NCBI GenBank assembly: GCA_951812855.1 | Contig: OX638337.1 | Span: 960,001-992,000, forward strand | DNA: 32,000 bases | Source: an uncultured Lentisphaeria bacterium | GTDB lineage: Bacteria > Verrucomicrobiota > Lentisphaeria > JABSQK01 > JAJFLO01 | Direction: 5' to 3' | Part shown: positions 28,805-32,000 of the stretch, piece by piece | Position numbering within the stretch: position 1 is the first letter of the stretch | How the letters are laid out: the number at the start of each line of letters is the position of its first letter | Made by a program: the position numbers and the translations under genes | The notes under the pieces: model-generated | Databases searched by the model: none | Told to the model about the DNA's origin: nothing | What the model saw: only the letters and a program-made list of their open reading frames with translations

Positions 28805-31015
28805 ATGGATATTACACATTTACGTTTGGGAACTTTAGTCATCTCTGTATTTGTCGGGGTATGGCTTTTTATTGTTTCACACTATATCCGAATTCCTGCA
28901 ATTGTTCTTTTACTGATTGGAGGCGTAATACTGGGGCCGGAGGGGTTGGCCATAATCGACCCTGAATCTCTTGGACAGAGTCTTCGGTTAATCATATCTC
29001 TGTGTGTTGCCATTATACTTTTTGAAGGAGGTTTATCCTTAAAGCCCGAGGGATTTAAGAAGGCACCAAGAGTTATTTGGAAGCTTTTAACAATCGGTGT
29101 CGGAATCACCTGGCTTGGAACTGCTGCGTTAATTCATTTTCTTCTGAATTTTCCTATACCAGTCTCATTATTATGCGGCAGTCTGGTTATTGTTACGGGT
29201 CCAACAGTTATCGCGCCATTGCTTAATCGAATCAGTGTTAAGGATAAATTATATCACATCTTGCATTGGGAAGGTGTTTTAATTGATCCAATTGGTGTTT
29301 TTATTGCAATTTTGTGTTTCGAATGGTTAAGCATTGAGGGAAGTTTTATAACGCATATTGGACATTTAAGCTATCGCTTGTTAGTTGGCATTGTGATAGG
29401 TATCATTGGCGGTCTAATTTTAACGTTTTTACTGGTTAAAAAAATAATACCGGAACAACAAGTGAATATTTTGGTATTTGCCACAGCGTTATTTTTATTT
29501 GGTATCTCTGAATCAGTTGTTCACGAGGCCGGTATTCTTACCGTGGTTATAGCAGGACTTGTTATGGGCTGGACGTCTCCTCCGCAGCTTAAACATATCA
29601 AAAAATTTAAATCTGAGTTAACCGAAATTTCGATTGCACTGGTTTTCATACTTCTTGCCGCCAATCTTGAACTGCATCAATTTTCAAAATTCGGCTGGAG
29701 AGTTGTATTGGTTATTTGTGGTGTGCTGTTTATTATTCGTCCACTTAGCATCATGCTGTGTACAAAAGGCTCTCAACTTAGGATGAATGAAAAATTGTTT
29801 CTGTCCTGGATTGCCCCAAGGGGGGTTGTCGCAGGGTCGATGGCGTCCCTCTTCGGGTTAAGGTTATCAATGCAAGGTCATCCAAACGCAATATTTTTGG
29901 AAACATTTACATTCAGTATCATCGCAACTACAATTGTTTTTCAAGGATTAACTGCTGGTATTGTGGCACACTGGTTAAAGGTTGAAGAACCCGAAAAGAA
30001 GGGATGGCTTATCATCGGTGCTCACCTTTTCTCAAGAAAAATTGCGTCGTTCATCATGGAAACGACCAATGGCGTATGTATTTTGATTGATACCAATGAA
30101 GATGCGGTCAGAGAGGCACAAAATGAGGGATTTATCGTGATCCAGGGCAATGCGTTGTCGACGGATATTCTTCCTCTTGATCAGATGTCTTCAATCGGCA
30201 ATCTCCTCGCACTGACTGATAACCGGGATTTAAACCAGTTGATTTGCGAGAAATGGTCAGAGATGATTGACCGTAATCATTTATACAGGTGGTCGTCACG
30301 ATCCATTCAGGATGAAAACGAAATTGGTGGAATGGGAAAGCCGTTATGGCCGATGATCCCAAAACCCTCTCAACTGTCATATGATTTAAAAAACATGAAT
30401 GTCAATTGTCGGCAATTAAATGAAAACGAATCGTTTGTAAAGTCATCCGGAAATGAGAGGATGATAACCTTTACTGACAGCACACTTCATTTTTCAGACA
30501 GTGTTCCTGAAGGAGTTGAAGCACCTGATGTTTTTGTGTTGGAACGACTGTCGCTGAATTTACTTGGATTAATTAAACGTAATCAAATCTTTTTTCTTGA
30601 CTATGACGATTATGAAGAATTGTTAAATGTAATACTTAATGAAATTGAACAGATTTATCCGGATATTGTTAATGATGCACTCAAATCAAGTTTGGTGCAT
30701 CGCGAAGTCAAATTTCCCTCAATACTGGCAAATAGAATTGCAGTACCGCACACCCGATCTTCCTCATTAAATGAGTCAATTTGTGTAGTTGTACAGTTAA
30801 AACAGGAGATAAATTTACCGCCGCCTAACGCCGGGACTGTCAGACTGTTATTTCTATTATTGACACCCGAAGATAAACCGGAACAACATTTAAGACTTCT
30901 TGCAGAAATTGCCAAAATTGCATCGTCCCCGGACTTGGTTGATTCACTTATAAATGTGAATTCGATTGATGATTTAATACAAAATTTTAAGGGTATTAAT
31001 GCAAAAATCGAGTGA
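28805..31015 (+). CDS. CPA1-type cation/H+ antiporter fused to an RCK/TrkA-N-like domain and a PTS EIIA (fructose/mannitol/Ntr-type) domain
   Basis: 736 aa. Residues 1 to ~395 are polytopic Na_H_exchanger-like (many TM segments; WIAPRGVVAGSMASLFG). Residues ~400-520 form a Rossmann-like lobe (GWLIIGAHLFSRKIA...CILIDTNEDAVREAQNEGFIVIQGNA) with a degenerate glycine motif. Residues ~590-736 are EIIA-like, with RIAVPHTRSS (His codon at 30749-30751). Confidence 0.8.
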   Translation: MDITHLRLGTLVISVFVGVWLFIVSHYIRIPAIVLLLIGGVILGPEGLAIIDPESLGQSLRLIISLCVAIILFEGGLSLKPEGFKKAPRVIWKLLTIGVGITWLGTAALIHFLLNFPIPVSLLCGSLVIVTGPTVIAPLLNRISVKDKLYHILHWEGVLIDPIGVFIAILCFEWLSIEGSFITHIGHLSYRLLVGIVIGIIGGLILTFLLVKKIIPEQQVNILVFATALFLFGISESVVHEAGILTVVIAGLVMGWTSPPQLKHIKKFKSELTEISIALVFILLAANLELHQFSKFGWRVVLVICGVLFIIRPLSIMLCTKGSQLRMNEKLFLSWIAPRGVVAGSMASLFGLRLSMQGHPNAIFLETFTFSIIATTIVFQGLTAGIVAHWLKVEEPEKKGWLIIGAHLFSRKIASFIMETTNGVCILIDTNEDAVREAQNEGFIVIQGNALSTDILPLDQMSSIGNLLALTDNRDLNQLICEKWSEMIDRNHLYRWSSRSIQDENEIGGMGKPLWPMIPKPSQLSYDLKNMNVNCRQLNENESFVKSSGNERMITFTDSTLHFSDSVPEGVEAPDVFVLERLSLNLLGLIKRNQIFFLDYDDYEELLNVILNEIEQIYPDIVNDALKSSLVHREVKFPSILANRIAVPHTRSSSLNESICVVVQLKQEINLPPPNAGTVRLLFLLLTPEDKPEQHLRLLAEIAKIASSPDLVDSLINVNSIDDLIQNFKGINAKIE

Positions 31016-31045
31016 TGAATTAAAAAAAGCACATAAGGAAGAGAA

Positions 31046-31216
31046 ATGAAGTTTGCTGCTAATGCTGCAGCGAAGCGGGCAGGTGTCAGGAGTTGTTATT
31101 GCTGTTTTTACCATACATATGAAGATTCGATTGATAAGATGGATTTTAAAAAATCAGCACGGGTGGTCGCCGGTTTAGAACATGTTATTAAGAATTTAGT
31201 CGGCATAAGGAAATGA
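31046..31216 (+). CDS. Possible 56-aa small protein (Cys-rich CYCC motif)
   Basis: Hand translation gives MKFAANAAAKRAGVRSCYCCFYHTYEDSIDKMDFKKSARVVAGLEHVIKNLVGIRK. AAGGA (31035-31039) lies 6 nt upstream of the ATG. It sits in the convergent gap between the antiporter and glgB and is below the ORF-track cutoff. Confidence 0.25.
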   Translation: MKFAANAAAKRAGVRSCYCCFYHTYEDSIDKMDFKKSARVVAGLEHVIKNLVGIRK

Positions 31217-31258
31217 GAAATAACGGATAATAATAAGAAAGTAAATATAGAAAATTGT

Positions 31259-32000
31259 TTAGCTTCGATTAAGCACAATTGCAGTTCGGGCTGGAAGATA
31301 TACGGTGAAGAAATGCTTTTGATTTTTACCGTTATTTTTACATTCTCGGGTATGGTAACGCTGATTTTCATCCAGTCTGCCCTGGCCGTTAAAGGTTTTT
31401 GCATCACTGTCTAATAGAAGTTTGTAAGTCCCGGGATCAGTATAAACCGGTAAATGATTAACGGGGATTAAAGTTAAAGATAAAAATAAGTTGAGCTCGT
31501 TGGAAACAAATTAATTTATCCAGGATGTGGTTGCAGATTAAATCTCCCCTGTCATCAGGATCTAGAAGATTAAACGTGTCGGCTATTTTTATCATTTCCT
31601 TGTCAAATTCTGCTAAATGATAATAAATCAGATTGGGATCATCACGCAGGCTCCACTGGCGTCTTGCATATTGGAACGACCAATCATTTCCTTCTCTCGG
31701 GAAATCAATCCACTCAGGATGACCAAACTCATTTCCCATAAAATTCAAATACCCTTCACCACCGATGGCCAACGTAATCAGACGGATCATTTTATGTAAG
31801 GCGACACCTCTTTCAACAGAGATATTGTTATGGTCAAGATGCATATTGTGGTACATATCTTCGGCAATGGTCAGGGCATCGGGTTTGAGTTTGTGAATCA
31901 GTTTATTTGCCAATGTCAGGCAGGTCAGGGCATCGTTATCCACCTGATCATTGAAATAATCATCATAAGTTGTAAATGTTTTATCAAGACCATGGTCGGT
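31259..32000 (-). pseudogene. glgB: 1,4-alpha-glucan branching enzyme (GH13, eukaryote/Bacteroidota-like type), 5'-partial at window edge, interrupted by a 1-nt frameshift
   Basis: GYLNFMGNEFGHPEWIDFPREGNDWSFQYARRQWSL and LIFIFNFNP are branching-enzyme motifs. The frame is open to position 32000. It stops at 31458-31460, but the next frame continues VNHLPVYTDPGTYKLLLDSDAKTFNGQGRLDENQRYHT...HFFTVYLPARTAIVLNRS* (stop 31259-31261), which is the expected C-terminal beta-domain. The shift maps to the G4/C4 run at 31463-31466. Gene identity is high confidence; genuine pseudogene versus sequencing error is unresolved. Confidence 0.6.

Noticed and set aside
31108-31407. 99-aa minus-strand ORF from the track, which looks like a separate hypothetical gene downstream of glgB.
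   Set aside because: It is in the third frame relative to both glgB segments. The glgB C-terminal homology (…YKLLLDSD…VYLPARTAIVL) occupies the same DNA in another frame, so this ORF is a shadow.

Overview
AT-rich bacterial chromosomal segment of Gram-negative type (Wza-type exporter, SecDF, RecB/RecD). About 21 kb of co-directional + strand genes is followed by mixed orientation. All calls rest on motifs read by eye from the supplied translations; no database search was run.

Genes recognised, in order:
- yajC-secDF
- menG-menF-menD (menaquinone)
- recB-recD, with no recC anywhere in the window
- a small accessory stretch: a 191-aa membrane protein, a decayed DNA methyltransferase and a possible 51-aa TM peptide
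- fxsA and a YeeZ-like NAD(P)-binding protein
- an 800-bp organised leader, then a Wza-like exporter and a Wzc-like tyrosine autokinase
- a GC-rich gene relic
- pgm (-)
- an IS256-family transposase remnant
- ilvC and aspS
- a FabH-like relic
- a CPA1 antiporter fused to an RCK-like and a PTS-EIIA domain
- a 5'-partial glgB (-) carrying a 1-nt frameshift

No rRNA, tRNA or CRISPR array was seen. I do not see a convincing intact novel multi-gene system.

The most unusual signals:
1. Five independent gene relics within about 17 kb.
2. A compositionally foreign GC-rich island between the wzc-like gene and pgm.
3. A repeat-bearing leader upstream of the polysaccharide-export genes.
4. The antiporter-RCK-EIIA fusion.
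5. recB-recD without a linked recC.
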